A stretch of DNA of 64,000 nt from Pelagomonas calceolata. Lineage: Eukaryota. The position numbers and the translations under genes were made by a program. Numbering within the stretch: the stretch's first letter is position 1; each line of letters opens with the position of its first letter. The stretch lies in assembly GCA_918797485.1 (NCBI GenBank), contig CAKKNE010000002.1, positions 4,774,001-4,838,000 on the forward strand, given 5' to 3'. Shown here piece after piece: positions 30,801 to 41,177 of the stretch. The notes under the pieces are model-generated. The model did not search any database. It was not told the DNA's origin and saw only the letters and a program-made list of their open reading frames with translations.

Positions 30801-33340
30801 CCATGCGTCGCGCGGAGGAAGCGCAGGAAAGAGCTGCACGCTTGCTCGGCCAAGCGCTGAATCGCATGGCGCGGGCGTCACAAGCGGGGTGCTTCGTGTG
30901 GTGGCGAGGGGTCGTGCGGGAGGCGGTCTCAACCGAAGCTGCCCGCAAACATGCATCAATCCTATTCGAGCAAGCCCTGTGTCGCTTCGCGCGGAAATCG
31001 GTGCAAGGGGCGTTCGCCTGGTGGCGCCACACAATCAGGCTGCAAGACTGGCACCGGGCGGCGGCCCGGCTGTTCAGCCAGGCACTGTGTCGCTTGGCAC
31101 GCAGCTCCGAAAGTGCCTCATTCGTCTGGTGGCGCGGCGTCGTCCGGCAGGAGATTGAGGCCGAGGCGGCAAAGCGCCGCAGCGCGTCAGCGATGGAGCG
31201 TGTTGTGCGAAGGTTCGCCCGCACGTCGACGAGAGGTAGCTTCGAGTGGTGGCGGCACGTCTGTTCACACCTTGTGGCGGCGGAAGAACAGCAGCTCCTG
31301 GCCACGAAACTCATCACCAGAGGTCTAGTGATGTGGGCCCGCAAGTCCGCAGCGGGTGCCTTCCACTTCTGGCGAAGGCAAGCGCTACGCTTGAAGGAGA
31401 TCGAGGACTCGTGGAACCAAGGCACAAAGCGCATGTGGCGCTCGTTCCGGCGTTTAGTGGAGAACCGCCAGAGGCGCTTCTTCTTCCGCTGGCGCAGCAG
31501 CGCGGTCCCGAGGCAGCTGGCCCTGGCCGATCCTCGCGAGCGCCTGCACCTGCTCTTGCGCAACGCTGTTTTAAGGTGGGAACACACCACCGAGGCCGCA
31601 GCATTTGGAACCTGGAGGCGGCGCACTGCATCCTATTCCTCAAGGGAACTCTCTCTGCACTTCCTCGAGCGTATCGTCCGGCGCCACGCCAAGAAGTCGC
31701 TTCACACAAATCTTTTGGCCTGGAGGTTAAGGGCAAAGCACACGGCCGTGTCGGCCGTCGCGGGCGCGGCCAAGCGAAGATACGAGGAGTTATTGTCGAT
31801 GGACGCGCGATGTGCCTCTCTGGTCGCCGAGGCGGCCCGACGCTCGGAAGTGCACCGGCTTCAGTTGCTCCTTCTGCGCGGCTCCTGTGTCGACGCCGGC
31901 CTCTGGATGCTCGCGGGCCGGCACGCGAACTCGAGAAAGAGGGCGCTGCGCCGCGGCTTCGACGCCTGCGGTCGAGCCCTGCGGCGTTTCCGCGTGATGA
32001 ACCGATGCATTCGTCGGCTGGCACACTTCCACGCCGCTGTCGCGCTGAACCGCTGGAGAGTCGCGGCGGGCGCACGTACGCGAGCTATTGCGGCGTTGCG
32101 GGCCTATGGTTTGCACCTGAACGCCCGCGGCCGCGCTGATGCGCTGAGACGTTCCCTGACGACATGGCGCCGCGCCTGCGACGGTGGAGCCCTGCGTCTG
32201 CAATTGGAGGCGCGCGATGCGGCGGCGGCGAGAGCTGCTGCAGACGCCGCGGCGGAGATCCGAGCGGTGCGCGAGGAGGTTAACGATGCGGTAAGAGCGG
32301 CGACGCAACGCGTCCGAGAGGCGCGTGACGACCGAGAGGCCGCCATGCTTGACGCGCAGCGAAGAGATCTATCTCTAAGACATACGGCGGAGCTCGAATT
32401 TCTCGAGGCTGAGGGCGATGCTAGGACAAAGCGGCTTGTGCTGGGCGGCGTGTGCGCCAGATGGGCGCGGCGGTCGCGGGCCGGGGCGTTCATTTTCTGG
32501 CGTGAGAATAGAAGGACGATTGAAGCAACGAAATCGCGTAGCTTGACTCTGCTCCCGAGGCTCGTCCACAGCCTCTCGATGCGATGCGAGCGACGCCAGC
32601 TGACCAAGACGCTACGCCAATTGCGGAGGCACGCGCTCGAGGTGAGAAGACGCCAGATAAACTCGTCGCAAGGCATACGTAAATTGAAGAGGCGTCTAGC
32701 CATCTGGATAAGGCGGAGGCGCCACTCTGCTTTCCAAACATGGCGGGAGAACGCGCACGATAAGCAATGGCGCCTCGCGTTGGCATGTGGAAGAGTCTAC
32801 CAGTGCATGCGCCGGCGCTCTCGCTGGCGCCGACGTGCGGCCTGGCGGATCTGGTGCGAAAGGGTCAAGGACATCCCGAGGGCTTGCCAGCTCCTCAGTC
32901 GCCTCCTCCACCGCTCGGCCATAAGCAGATTGATGGGAGCCTTCAGGCAATGGAATGATCACTATTCCTTCATGTACGAGCTCCACAAGGCGCTTGGGAA
33001 GAGCGTCCTCAAGCAAAAACAGGAATTACTGGAGACAAAGCGCAAGTTAAAGTTGAGTCAGACGACGCCGAACAAAGCAACGGAGCGGGTATCTGCGCGG
33101 AACCGTACTTTGGAGAAAATGCTACGAGAGCGCGAGGTGAAGACCGACAAAACGGTCGCAGCACTGCAGACAGAGGTGGATACGCTGAGACGTCGCGTCA
33201 AGATGCTCCTCGAGGTGCAGTCTCCTCCTGAGACGCCGCCCAGGACGCCTTCGCGCAGAACTAGTTTCGACTCGCCGCGGTCGCGCGCGGGCTCCTTCCG
33301 GAGCAAGTTCGACGTCGCCGCGGCGCGCTTCAGTCCGTGA
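24884..33340 (+). CDS. Giant (~2800 aa) Sfi1-like Trp-repeat/coiled-coil protein
   Basis: Uninterrupted ORF; dozens of repeats like RAARLF.QAL.R.AR.S..GAF.WWRR, interspersed coiled coils; first ATG at 24884. Confidence 0.75.
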   Translation: MRRVWGHFRRGSDEELPSFEEAVAADARLRGAARLAVLDASRLQRRSARAFRSWNAHTVSLIVSDAREKQYAAQLRAKDGENAQKISEALSEAYAGHAAELAAQAREHEESKQLALAGQRASFEGKTPTKKKKTPGKGQHSDKLVEKAFADRQSRHDDAIKSLRRSHDAKLVALKASHAKELTMVKTAISLEKDQERVTAVNDALRAAEKIHTERMKERAFVIEGRTPCKTPGRERAARATADDVSPETLAQRAAPGAARSADLRALCLVLNAKARHRSHATMASRFAAWGHATKTTTQKARAARLLRAMTDRIITQVMQRRAWRLWRDILIAKRVFVEAEVRQREIGEENEARLRLLRVDYDQLTAERQHDLDNDLQGVSENVERNQIERFSKELETQKAKLVRQNSQHAHELQTTQSKLLERANEAVVKAVRQREQELEAAHALVLHDLNKQWRSKMAALVDKQQGDVDYLRVSCTTELESAVDSLKFEHERELSARRKAQASQLEAERGVRDAALAAISDAQTAARKARAARLLCMAFARWASQSVGGAFVFWRGVTRTIFLVEDQRARASRLFGLALQRWALKSQACAFVCWRSTTSELLLIDDARRRATRLLAQSLQRLMRQSEGGAFVWWRRVTAEARASEEARAHAANLFGLALQRCMRQSVQGSYLWWSTTTRDARRLEERRALAMKLFSEALQRCMRRSEGGAFIWWHRVASEARASEEARAHAANLFVQALTRLAHKHTGGCFMLWRRTLRLQDQYRSAARLFGQALWRLARKSASAAFLWWRRSTAIARDAEAQRLRLIEAEQAATTAKQRAAIALERVTRRWARTCVDGSFEWWHRCAAYARASEAAKYRATLQLQRSFSRWAQKSAAGAFLWWRRVVASQKALESERLAKERALAALERVAVRYLRRSVSGSFEVWDRALAIERQRQRGVHLFDVVLRRWARQSVAAAFVRLQREADIQRQLLAAEMRHAAARDRYDSQKEAESAEALQALEARLVNEFAAERAAFERDAGERLEAERASLMSQHGAALAALAAERARSEELLANQSDADVTVLRNEYALQTDRTAAAHACALAEARLLYGDDLAELQGQLDDAQQALRDAPEPVDNQDELLALEAEASAQVRGMSLSMAVVFFSNALEARSRRLLARAFAVLKAAAASASAVALRDIDHADALREVVLESNKAAARVTGSSDLARVLWTFMRRRHVGAWNQWRRVALYQRFCNERDILLESHTSELSSLKEEFAAEQEASRDAAQLELEDAVARALSEGERASLKALADREALAESTLEAREQELLAYHGADMDALDAKHQREIEAAVADAEQRMRAQREAAERALVETHRSTLKSAQSTYEAAVKAALADKDRARLLQAQKQALQRVLRVLRRWLRESLAGSFVWWRRAVTQSLEGQDLTAVRLLERTVARIGRRHVGFAFASWVRVMKREERRRAALRAFDRSLRRWCRSSATASFVFWRGITQAAAAQERAARLLDQALNRMARASEAGAFVWWRRVASQARASDEARVHAANLFSQALTRLAHKHTGGCFMLWRHALLLEDQQKQAARFLEHAIARMARGSVGGAFVWWRRVATNATNALYAKHRASRALTRVMRRWSRISMAGAYLWWARATRDGRALEDSKRLATQLFTRALERLARKSWTAAYLLWRKRTTDARNADSSRSQGALLVTRALRGARERRAVLRAFLKWQAFSDAVAQYLLIEDERERDHDLALRKAVSGMRTALLKASAGSALIRITRRSRFFQAWRAWKALSVQAVATRRLNRVCRRWCRMSIYGSFDWWRRVVVDAVAAEEAQKRAARLFGAALQRWSVKSRSGAFAYWRIVATEARDADELHGRSVRLLDQALSRIARKSVAGALLYWRRTIELENQRQDALIAFGRVMRRWLRSSLAASWVYWRRVVADQSTLDDMRHHAAVLFEQALCRLARTSRGAAFAWWARIARAMRRAEEAQERAARLLGQALNRMARASQAGCFVWWRGVVREAVSTEAARKHASILFEQALCRFARKSVQGAFAWWRHTIRLQDWHRAAARLFSQALCRLARSSESASFVWWRGVVRQEIEAEAAKRRSASAMERVVRRFARTSTRGSFEWWRHVCSHLVAAEEQQLLATKLITRGLVMWARKSAAGAFHFWRRQALRLKEIEDSWNQGTKRMWRSFRRLVENRQRRFFFRWRSSAVPRQLALADPRERLHLLLRNAVLRWEHTTEAAAFGTWRRRTASYSSRELSLHFLERIVRRHAKKSLHTNLLAWRLRAKHTAVSAVAGAAKRRYEELLSMDARCASLVAEAARRSEVHRLQLLLLRGSCVDAGLWMLAGRHANSRKRALRRGFDACGRALRRFRVMNRCIRRLAHFHAAVALNRWRVAAGARTRAIAALRAYGLHLNARGRADALRRSLTTWRRACDGGALRLQLEARDAAAARAAADAAAEIRAVREEVNDAVRAATQRVREARDDREAAMLDAQRRDLSLRHTAELEFLEAEGDARTKRLVLGGVCARWARRSRAGAFIFWRENRRTIEATKSRSLTLLPRLVHSLSMRCERRQLTKTLRQLRRHALEVRRRQINSSQGIRKLKRRLAIWIRRRRHSAFQTWRENAHDKQWRLALACGRVYQCMRRRSRWRRRAAWRIWCERVKDIPRACQLLSRLLHRSAISRLMGAFRQWNDHYSFMYELHKALGKSVLKQKQELLETKRKLKLSQTTPNKATERVSARNRTLEKMLREREVKTDKTVAALQTEVDTLRRRVKMLLEVQSPPETPPRTPSRRTSFDSPRSRAGSFRSKFDVAAARFSP

Positions 33341-33449
33341 TGCAACAACCGCCGAGGCCGCCGCGCCACGACAACGGCATCCATGCCCACAATTCACCCC
33401 GCCCGCCGGGCCACATATGTTCTAATGTCATTCATAATCTAAGTTAAAG

Positions 33450-36005
33450 CTACCGGTACCGCGCCTTGGCCTGCAGCATCGCCTGCTCGTAGGCCTCGTT
33501 GATGCGCGCCATCGCCGCCGTCGCGCCCGGCGACGTGCACCGGTCGGGGTGGAAGCGCAGCGCGAGTTTTGCGTAGGCCTTTTTGATGGCCGCCGGCCGC
33601 GCGTCCCGGCCGACGCCGAGCACGTCGTGGTACGACGCCGCGCGCGCGACGCCCGACGACGAGGAGGGCGGCGGCTTCGCGCGGCCGTGGCCGCCGCCGA
33701 AGGGCGACCGGCGCGGCGGCGGCGGCGGCGGCGCATAGGCGCGCCGTCGTGGCGGCGGCGGCGGCGGCGCGGCGGCCGACGGCCGCCGCCGCCGCGCGTC
33801 CGCCTTGCGGCGTTCATTTTTTTGGGTTTCGATGGCCTGCTTCGCCGCGGCGCGCTCGCGCTCGGCGTCGGCGATGTCCTTCTCCGCCGCGCGAGATGAG
33901 CGGGCCCCGCGCAGGTAGCGGTCGAAGTCGCCGACGGCGTCCCGGAAATCACCCGCCCTTGCGCGAGCTCGCGCGCGGCGCAGTCGTGCTCGCAAATAGT
34001 CCGGCCGTAACCGCAATGCTTTCGTGCAAGCATCGACTGCCTCGCCGCACCGGTCCAACACCAACGCACACGCGGCGACGTTGCAGTGCACCGCCGCTCG
34101 CAGCCCGGCAACTTCAGAAAACGCGTCCAACCGTAAAGCGTCGCGGTACATGGCCGCCGCCGCGCGGTAGTGGCCGCGCGCGTACGCGTCGTCGGCGCGC
34201 GTCTTGGCCCGTCTAGCTTTCGAGGCCCTATTCAAAGCTTCGTCACAACGCAACCGAGCGCCTCTGGGAGCGCCCTCTGTTGAAGCTGTCGCAACAGCTT
34301 TCAAGGCGCGGTCCGCTCTTGACCTAGCAGCGTCGCAGGCCTCGTCGGGCGCCTCGTCTCGCCGCAACGCCCAGACCCAGACTTCTGGGAGCGAGTCCTC
34401 CTCCACCGAAGCGGCGTCGAGCGCCGCTAAAGCTCGCGCGACGCACGCAGCACGAGAAGCCATATCCATACCTTCGGATATGGGCGTGCCGATGGCCGCG
34501 GCGGTCGCATCACAAAACGCCGCGCACTCGCGCCACCGGTCGCCCGCTTTTAAGGCTTGCGCTTTTGCCCTTCGAGCGCACGCCGCCAACGGCGCTCGCA
34601 ACAACGCGTCCTCCGAAGCTCTAAGAGCCCGGTCCACTTCGACGTCCCTTTGTGCTGAACTTCTACGTTTCGCGGCCTGCTGCACGGGGTTCTCGTTCTC
34701 CTCGTCGTTTTCCTTAGTAGTGTGACTCCGCGCCGCATCCAAGGCCGTTTTTGCTCGTCGTAAAGCGTCCTCATATCTATGAACATCAACCAACCCAGCA
34801 TCAGCCGTCGCCAAAGCCGCCAGCGCGTCTTTCGGCGGCGGCTTCATGGCCGACCGCGCCGTTTCCACCGCTTGCGTAGAAGCATTCCGCGCGCGCTCGA
34901 AGCTCCGCCTCGCTTCATCACTGCGACCTAGTGCTAATCTCAAGCGCGCAGACCGGTTGTGCACCTTAGCTAAGCCAGGCTCCAATTCCACGGCCGCGTC
35001 GCAGTCGTTGAGCGCGTCGTCGTGCCGCCCGAGCATCGTTCTGGCCGCTCCTCGGTTGCCCAGCGCTTTCGCAGCTAAAGACCATCCCTGTGGTGCACTA
35101 TTGAGACAGGAAGTGTAGTGCTTCACTGCTGTTTCATAATCACCTCGCTCGTAGCATCTCCCGGCTTCATCATAAGCGTCTAAAGCGTCCTGGTCTACTC
35201 TTCTCACATGTTTCGGTCTCCTATTCTTCTTCTTCTCCGAGGAGGACGGCCCCAGCTCGAACTTGACGCCCGTCGTCTCCTCGGTCTCCATCGGAGCCTG
35301 TTCTACGGGCTTCGTCGCCTGAAACACGAAAGGGGCGCTCTGCCGAGACTTCGGCCTCCCAGGCGGCCGGCCAGGTGGTTTTCTGGGAGCAGCAGGCGCG
35401 CCGATGTTGAAGGCACCGGTCGGCAGGTCCGTGTCCATGGCCTGCTCAAAATCCAAAGTTCGAGCGGCTCTGGGCTTGGTAGACGCGCCGACGTGGAAGG
35501 GAGCGGCCGGGAACGGCTTTGCGGTTTTGGACTTGGACGGTCGCGCCGACACGCGTTTGTGGCGCTTGTCCTTTGCTGATGGTTCACTCGGAGGTGTTCC
35601 CAATGAAAAACGCCCTGTACTCCTAGGTGGACTCGCCTCGCCGAACAACTGCCTTTCGACCTCTTTTTCCGCATTGGCATCCAAAGGAGAAGGGCTCCAC
35701 GTCGCGCCGTTGACGGGCCGACCCCTCGCGGTGTCCGGCGCGGCTTGTTCTGGTGGTCTAGGAGAAGTGAACTGGAACTTCTGTTGCTCGGGACTGACGC
35801 GCATCTTCTTGAGCATCTCGCGCATGGACTCCGCTTGTGCCGGGTCGTGGAGCTTCATGCCTTCGGCCAGTAACTGTTGCAAGCGCAGTATAGAATCGTA
35901 GGAGAGGTTGTCCTTGTTGAGCGAGAGGCCGGCCATGACGGCGTCGAGGTCCATGGCTTGCGCGGGCTCGCCGTTTGCTGTGGTTGGCGCGGCGGCGGTC
36001 GTCAT
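33450..36005 (-). CDS. TPR-repeat DnaJ co-chaperone (DNAJC7-like)
   Basis: TPRs ([27 protein letters not shown]); C-terminal J domain with HPD. Confidence 0.88.
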   Translation of the reverse strand: MTTAAAPTTANGEPAQAMDLDAVMAGLSLNKDNLSYDSILRLQQLLAEGMKLHDPAQAESMREMLKKMRVSPEQQKFQFTSPRPPEQAAPDTARGRPVNGATWSPSPLDANAEKEVERQLFGEASPPRSTGRFSLGTPPSEPSAKDKRHKRVSARPSKSKTAKPFPAAPFHVGASTKPRAARTLDFEQAMDTDLPTGAFNIGAPAAPRKPPGRPPGRPKSRQSAPFVFQATKPVEQAPMETEETTGVKFELGPSSSEKKKNRRPKHVRRVDQDALDAYDEAGRCYERGDYETAVKHYTSCLNSAPQGWSLAAKALGNRGAARTMLGRHDDALNDCDAAVELEPGLAKVHNRSARLRLALGRSDEARRSFERARNASTQAVETARSAMKPPPKDALAALATADAGLVDVHRYEDALRRAKTALDAARSHTTKENDEENENPVQQAAKRRSSAQRDVEVDRALRASEDALLRAPLAACARRAKAQALKAGDRWRECAAFCDATAAAIGTPISEGMDMASRAACVARALAALDAASVEEDSLPEVWVWALRRDEAPDEACDAARSRADRALKAVATASTEGAPRGARLRCDEALNRASKARRAKTRADDAYARGHYRAAAAMYRDALRLDAFSEVAGLRAAVHCNVAACALVLDRCGEAVDACTKALRLRPDYLRARLRRARARARAGDFRDAVGDFDRYLRGARSSRAAEKDIADAERERAAAKQAIETQKNERRKADARRRRPSAAAPPPPPPRRRAYAPPPPPPRRSPFGGGHGRAKPPPSSSSGVARAASYHDVLGVGRDARPAAIKKAYAKLALRFHPDRCTSPGATAAMARINEAYEQAMLQAKARYR

Positions 36006-36589
36006 CTTCGTCGCGCGCGTCAGCTCGTGCGCTGCCGTGTGCAGCGGTCGAGCGCAGCCGCGGGCGCCTCAAAAAGTTGCAAATGCCTCCGGCTCTCCGG
36101 CTGATTTGCCCGCGCGCGGCCGCTTGAGGTGCAAAAAAATTGCACCGGCGGTGACAGCTGCGAGCTATGCGGCCAGCAGCGCGCTCTAGTCTTGTCTCGC
36201 GCGGCCGAGATGGCAGAGCCAATTGCCAGTACCTCGCAACTCAAAATGTGAGGCGCCTCCGCCGCGGATCGCGGGTCAAATTACGCTTCCTGCGCGAGTC
36301 CCATGCAATAGAACACTCCATAATTGATACATAGCGTCCTCCTGAGCTCGGCAAAACCCGTTTTGACCAAAGTTTTTGCCGCGGGCCGCGCGAGCAAAAA
36401 GAGCAGCGCTGCGGTCCTCAGAGTCTCAGGACAACCTCCGCAGTACCGCTCAATACGCCAGTGATCGACCTTGGCCGCGCGTCGCATCTGTTCGCGCCGT
36501 TGAGACAAAAAAAGCATCAAACGGGCACAGCGCAAAAAATCGCAGCGCGCGACGCAAGACGCAAAAAGGAGCGCGCGACGACAGCAAAG

Positions 36590-39500
36590 ATGAGCGCCGA
36601 AGCCCTCGCCGCGAGCAAGTGGCAGGACCGGCGCGAAGCCTGGGAATCAATAACAAACGCCGCCGACGCTGAGACGCTGACGACTCACCTGGCCAAGGAG
36701 ACGAACGGCGCCGTGCTCGACGCGGCGCTCGACGCCGTCGCGCGCGTCGCGGCTCCCGAGCTGGCGCCTGCTTTACCCTACGTCGTCCAGAAGGGCCTCG
36801 CGAACGCGCGCGGCGCGACCCAGAGAAGGGGCCTCCGGGCCGTCGTCGCTTTGCAGCAAGTCGCACCCTCTGAAACGACGGACGCCCTCGTCGACGGCAT
36901 CACGACCTCGAAGAACGCGCGGGGGCCTTCTGCTTGCGCGAAGGCTCTGACGACGGAGTGCGCGCCTTCCACGGCGTGGCTCTCGTCACATTCAGACCGC
37001 CTGGCGACGGCCGTGGCCAAGCTCGCCTCGGCGGCAAACGGCGACGCTCGAAAAGCCGCGGTCGACCTCGCGGTCGCCGTCGACGACCCCGTCGTTTTCC
37101 AGAAACTTCCGGAAAATGCGAAGAAGGCCGTCGCCAAGCTAAGAGGCAACACACCACCACCGCCGCCGCCCCCGGAAGCGGGCCCGCCGCCGCCGCCCGG
37201 ATCTCCGCCCAAGCGCGTCACGATCAAAGCTCCCCCGCGGAAGGCGCCCTCGCCCGAGAAAGGCGACGACTTGCTCGCCGCGTTGGCGCGGAGGAACATT
37301 ACGCCACCGTTCGATGCGGCGTTCCAAGGCAAGTGGGACGCACGACGCGAAAAATTGGAGGCCGTCGCCTCGGTCGCCCGCGCTTGTAGCGGCGACGGCG
37401 AGGCCCTCGCGCTAGCTGTTGCGGCAGCTTGTGAAGCGGAGCCCCACGCGGCCGTGGCCAAGGCGGCTATTAGTGCGTGCGCTTCGGTCGCGGGCGTCGC
37501 CGGCGTCGTGGGAAGACGTGCTTTAGTGGTCGCTTTATTACCGAGGCTGCGCGATGCGAAGCTGGCGTCTCAGGCATCACAAGCTCTCAATGACGTCTCA
37601 ACAATACAACCGGAGGTCGTCTTCGACGATGCGACGGTACGAGCCGCGACGGACGCCTTAGCGGCCGGCGCCAAAAGACGTTTGCCTCCACAAGGCCGCG
37701 CGTGCGGGTTTCGATGGGCGTCGTCTGCCTTCGCCGCGTCGTCGAAGGCGCCTCCCCTCTCGACGAAGGCCTGGGCCGCGCTTTGTGCCGCGGACTGTTC
37801 GGATGCACACGGGCCGTTGCGCGCGGCCGCCCGCGACGCCCTTTCGGCGTTGTGTCAAAGGCCGCGCGCCGACGTCAAGTCGGCGCTCCAAATGTTGGAC
37901 GCGAAGACGCGCGCTAAGGTACTCGAACGCAAGGAGCCACAGAAGCCGGCCGCCGCTCCGAAGCGCAAGCCCCCACCGCCGAAGCCCCAAGAAGTAGTGG
38001 TGTGGCCTCCTCCTCATATCACGGAGCGCACGGGAACGATCGCGGCGTGCGACCTGGCGCCCACGTCCCTCAGAGCGACGCTACGGGCCCCGTCGGAGCA
38101 GAGACGGGCCAAGGCCCTCGCCGAGTTACTGAAACGAGCCGCGGGGCCCGGTGGCGGCTTGGATGCGAGAGAAGCCGACGCGGACCGCGTGTTGAGGGAG
38201 TTAAGGCCGTTGGTGGGCGACGCGCGCGCCTCCCTCCGAGCGCCGGCGTGCGACTGCGCGGCGGCGTGGTTGGATCGCGTGCGGAACCGGGACGACGCTC
38301 GAAAACTAGCGGCGAAGACCGGCTTAGTGGTGGAGGCGGCGGCGGCCGTCGTCGACGCCGGGGCGTTGACGGCCTACCGAGCGGCGGCGTTGCGGTTATT
38401 GCAGTCTTGTTGTGGGAAGCGGTGTGCATCGGATGACGCGTTGGTCATCGACGAGAATGGCGCCAAGGCAATGGCCAAGGCTTTACAAAATGCGTCGGGC
38501 GCGGGTGCCGTCGCGCTGTTGACCTGGCTGGCCAAGCACGCGGACGCTTGTGACATCGGCGACGCGCTGGCTTCACCGCTAATAACGCGGCTCTACGACA
38601 AAGCTAGAGCGCCTAAAGACGCGGCCCTCGAATGTGTAACGGCGCTCGTTCAGAAGGGAGCGCTGGACCGATCGGCGCTGGAAACAGCGCTCGACGCCGC
38701 GCCGATTGTAGGCCGGCGCGTCGTCGCCCAGTTACTAGAGGGCGTCTTCCGCGAGGCGTCTCCAATTAAGGTCGTCAAGCGGGTTCCACAGGCGTCGCCG
38801 CTGCCCGCGGCCTTTGACTTCGGGGTCGCCGACGACGCGTCGACGCCGGTGGTCGAGGCGGCATCTCCTACTGAAGCGTTCGCGGCCATCGAGGCCGCTA
38901 TTGACAACGGTGACCGTCCGGCGCTCCGCGCGGCGGCGGCCGCCGCCGCGGCGTTCGACGCCTCGACCTTTACCAGAGACACGTGCGGCGGTGCCATGCG
39001 CGCGGCCATCGCCGGCGCGCGTTTTGCCGAGCGCGACGCCGCCGCGCGCGCGTCGCTGGACGAGGTCGCTCGCAAAACAGCTTTGGAGGCGCCGCGGTCG
39101 TCGGCTATTGCCGCGGCGTTGGACTTATTGAGGGGCGCGCCGGACCGCGTCGTGGCGAACCATTTGGCGCGGCTGCTGACGCTCGGTCTGCGGGACCCGG
39201 CCTGGGGCCGCGCGCTCGACGCTCGTAAAGGCGACGCTTTGGTAGCGTGCGCCGAGGTCTTCGACAGCGTCTCGGCCGAGGCGCCGTCTCTGGCCCTCGA
39301 CGCGGCCAAGACCGTGGCGGCGTCGGCCGTGGACCGGATTGGTTCTGACGCCGTGATCGCGTTGAGCGGTGCTGCGGAGGATTCGCCGCTGGCGTGCCTC
39401 GTGCGCGCGCTGGCCGGGGCGCCTCCTTTGATGAACGTCGAGACGTCGTCGCCGGAGCAGAAGCCGCTCGCCGGCGTCTCCGACGACGTCGCGGCGCTGC

Positions 39501-39634
39501 GGCGGCGCGCCGCGGCGGCGCGGGCCTCGCTCGGGTCGGCGCGCTCAGTCCCGGATTCCGCGGGCAAGGACCGGATTGCCGCGCTGCGGACGCGGTTGGC
39601 TGTTGCCGCGCGGACGCCTGCGGTTGCGGAGTAA
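36590..39634 (+). CDS. TOG/HEAT-repeat protein (divergent XMAP215/CKAP5-like)
   Basis: TOG-type KWQDRREAWE and KWDARREKLE motifs, KETNGAVLD, HEAT helices with Pro/Lys-rich linkers; first ATG at 36590. Confidence 0.65.
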   Translation: MSAEALAASKWQDRREAWESITNAADAETLTTHLAKETNGAVLDAALDAVARVAAPELAPALPYVVQKGLANARGATQRRGLRAVVALQQVAPSETTDALVDGITTSKNARGPSACAKALTTECAPSTAWLSSHSDRLATAVAKLASAANGDARKAAVDLAVAVDDPVVFQKLPENAKKAVAKLRGNTPPPPPPPEAGPPPPPGSPPKRVTIKAPPRKAPSPEKGDDLLAALARRNITPPFDAAFQGKWDARREKLEAVASVARACSGDGEALALAVAAACEAEPHAAVAKAAISACASVAGVAGVVGRRALVVALLPRLRDAKLASQASQALNDVSTIQPEVVFDDATVRAATDALAAGAKRRLPPQGRACGFRWASSAFAASSKAPPLSTKAWAALCAADCSDAHGPLRAAARDALSALCQRPRADVKSALQMLDAKTRAKVLERKEPQKPAAAPKRKPPPPKPQEVVVWPPPHITERTGTIAACDLAPTSLRATLRAPSEQRRAKALAELLKRAAGPGGGLDAREADADRVLRELRPLVGDARASLRAPACDCAAAWLDRVRNRDDARKLAAKTGLVVEAAAAVVDAGALTAYRAAALRLLQSCCGKRCASDDALVIDENGAKAMAKALQNASGAGAVALLTWLAKHADACDIGDALASPLITRLYDKARAPKDAALECVTALVQKGALDRSALETALDAAPIVGRRVVAQLLEGVFREASPIKVVKRVPQASPLPAAFDFGVADDASTPVVEAASPTEAFAAIEAAIDNGDRPALRAAAAAAAAFDASTFTRDTCGGAMRAAIAGARFAERDAAARASLDEVARKTALEAPRSSAIAAALDLLRGAPDRVVANHLARLLTLGLRDPAWGRALDARKGDALVACAEVFDSVSAEAPSLALDAAKTVAASAVDRIGSDAVIALSGAAEDSPLACLVRALAGAPPLMNVETSSPEQKPLAGVSDDVAALRRRAAAARASLGSARSVPDSAGKDRIAALRTRLAVAARTPAVAE

Positions 39635-39949
39635 GGGAGTTGTGATCTATCCATCCCGTGGGCTAGCGGCTTGTTGTTTTATTTTTGGTGGACTAGCTGG
39701 CGGAGCCCCAGGATAGCCCCAGGAAACACCGCTCCAGATACCGCTCCGGCGTTCCTGTTCGCCGCTAGTATGTCACTAGCTAGAATTAAGGCTGTTTTCG
39801 AGGCGGCCCCGGCGGAGCTAATACGAAGCCATTTCTCCAAGCCTGTTACCGAACATCTCTCATATAACACATAACAGCGTCGACCTAGCCGCGCCGCCGC
39901 CGCGCACTCAGAGGATTCAGGCAGCGCCTCCGCTAACAGGTGGTTAGCC

Positions 39950-41173
39950 ATGTCCGAGCCCGCGACGCCGACGCGGGAAGCTGAAGACGAACAACCCAAT
40001 AAGCCGCAGGACAACCCCTGGTACCAACAAAAAGTACCCGCCTACCAGCCCCTGTTAACGCCCATAAAAATCGCCTGGATCCTCTTCGGCACCGGTATTG
40101 TATTTATCATCATCGGTTTATCTGTGAGATCCGTGAACACGAACGACATCTTCACGAGGAAGGTCCAGTACGACGGCGACGGCACGCCGTCGGCCAATAG
40201 AGATTGTCGAACTGAGAGAGCAGACACTAATACTGAATGCACTGTAGAATTGGAGATCAAACAAAAAATGGAGGAACCGGTATATGTATGGTACGAGATC
40301 GACAACTTCTACCAGAACCACAACCGCTACATGACGTCCTTTAGCATGGAGCAACTCCTCGGCACCTACCCGTCGGACGACTCGACGTGCAAACCCCTCA
40401 AGTCGAGTGGAGACAAGGACCTGTATCCCTGTGGCGTGATCGCGAACTCCATGTTCAACGACGTCATTACGCTCGAGAATGCAGATATTACGATGCGGGA
40501 GAACAACCTCGCGTGGGCGAGCGACCACCACAAGAAGTTCGCGCAGCCCGAGGATTTTGAGTGGTCGACTACCACTGCCGACATCAGTGGCTGTTTAGGT
40601 GTTATATCTACTACTGATGCTGCTGGCACGGAGACCTTATCCATTCCCGCCACTCAAACGTCGTGTCTCGAGTCAGTCTGCCAGGCTGATCTAGGCAGTT
40701 CGACGTGCTTCGGTTATGTGTGTCGGGGCGGCGACTTCGACGGGGGCCACTGCGTGAAAGGTACTTCTACCGTATACTACTACAAAGACGAGGCCAAGTA
40801 CCAGTACCTCTACGAGACGTACCCGGATATTGTTTCGCCATTGATCGGGGTGAAAAATGAACATTTTAATGTGTGGTTGAGGCTCGGTGGTCTGTCGGAC
40901 TTTCGCAAGTTGTACGGGCGGATCACGTCGACGCTCGACAAGGGCACGGTCCTCCAATTCAAGGTCAAGAACAACTTTAATGTGGACAGCTTTAAGGGCA
41001 AGAAGTATATTGTGGTCGGCACGTCGTCGGCGTTGGGTGGGAACGTGGCCGCTCTGTGGGAGTGCTTCGCGTATCTCGGTGTGGCGATGTGCGGCATCGC
41101 GCTGCTGTTCCTGGCGAAGAGCCAGTTCGTGGGTGCGCGGAAGCTGGGAGATACGGCGTACCTGAAGGGCTAG
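39950..41173 (+). CDS. CDC50/LEM3/ALIS P4-ATPase beta subunit
   Basis: QQKVPAYQPLLTP, YEIDNFYQNHNRY, PCGVIANSMFND, NEHFNVWLR, FRKLYG; two terminal TM helices. Confidence 0.93.
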   Translation: MSEPATPTREAEDEQPNKPQDNPWYQQKVPAYQPLLTPIKIAWILFGTGIVFIIIGLSVRSVNTNDIFTRKVQYDGDGTPSANRDCRTERADTNTECTVELEIKQKMEEPVYVWYEIDNFYQNHNRYMTSFSMEQLLGTYPSDDSTCKPLKSSGDKDLYPCGVIANSMFNDVITLENADITMRENNLAWASDHHKKFAQPEDFEWSTTTADISGCLGVISTTDAAGTETLSIPATQTSCLESVCQADLGSSTCFGYVCRGGDFDGGHCVKGTSTVYYYKDEAKYQYLYETYPDIVSPLIGVKNEHFNVWLRLGGLSDFRKLYGRITSTLDKGTVLQFKVKNNFNVDSFKGKKYIVVGTSSALGGNVAALWECFAYLGVAMCGIALLFLAKSQFVGARKLGDTAYLKG

Positions 41174-41177
41174 TCTA

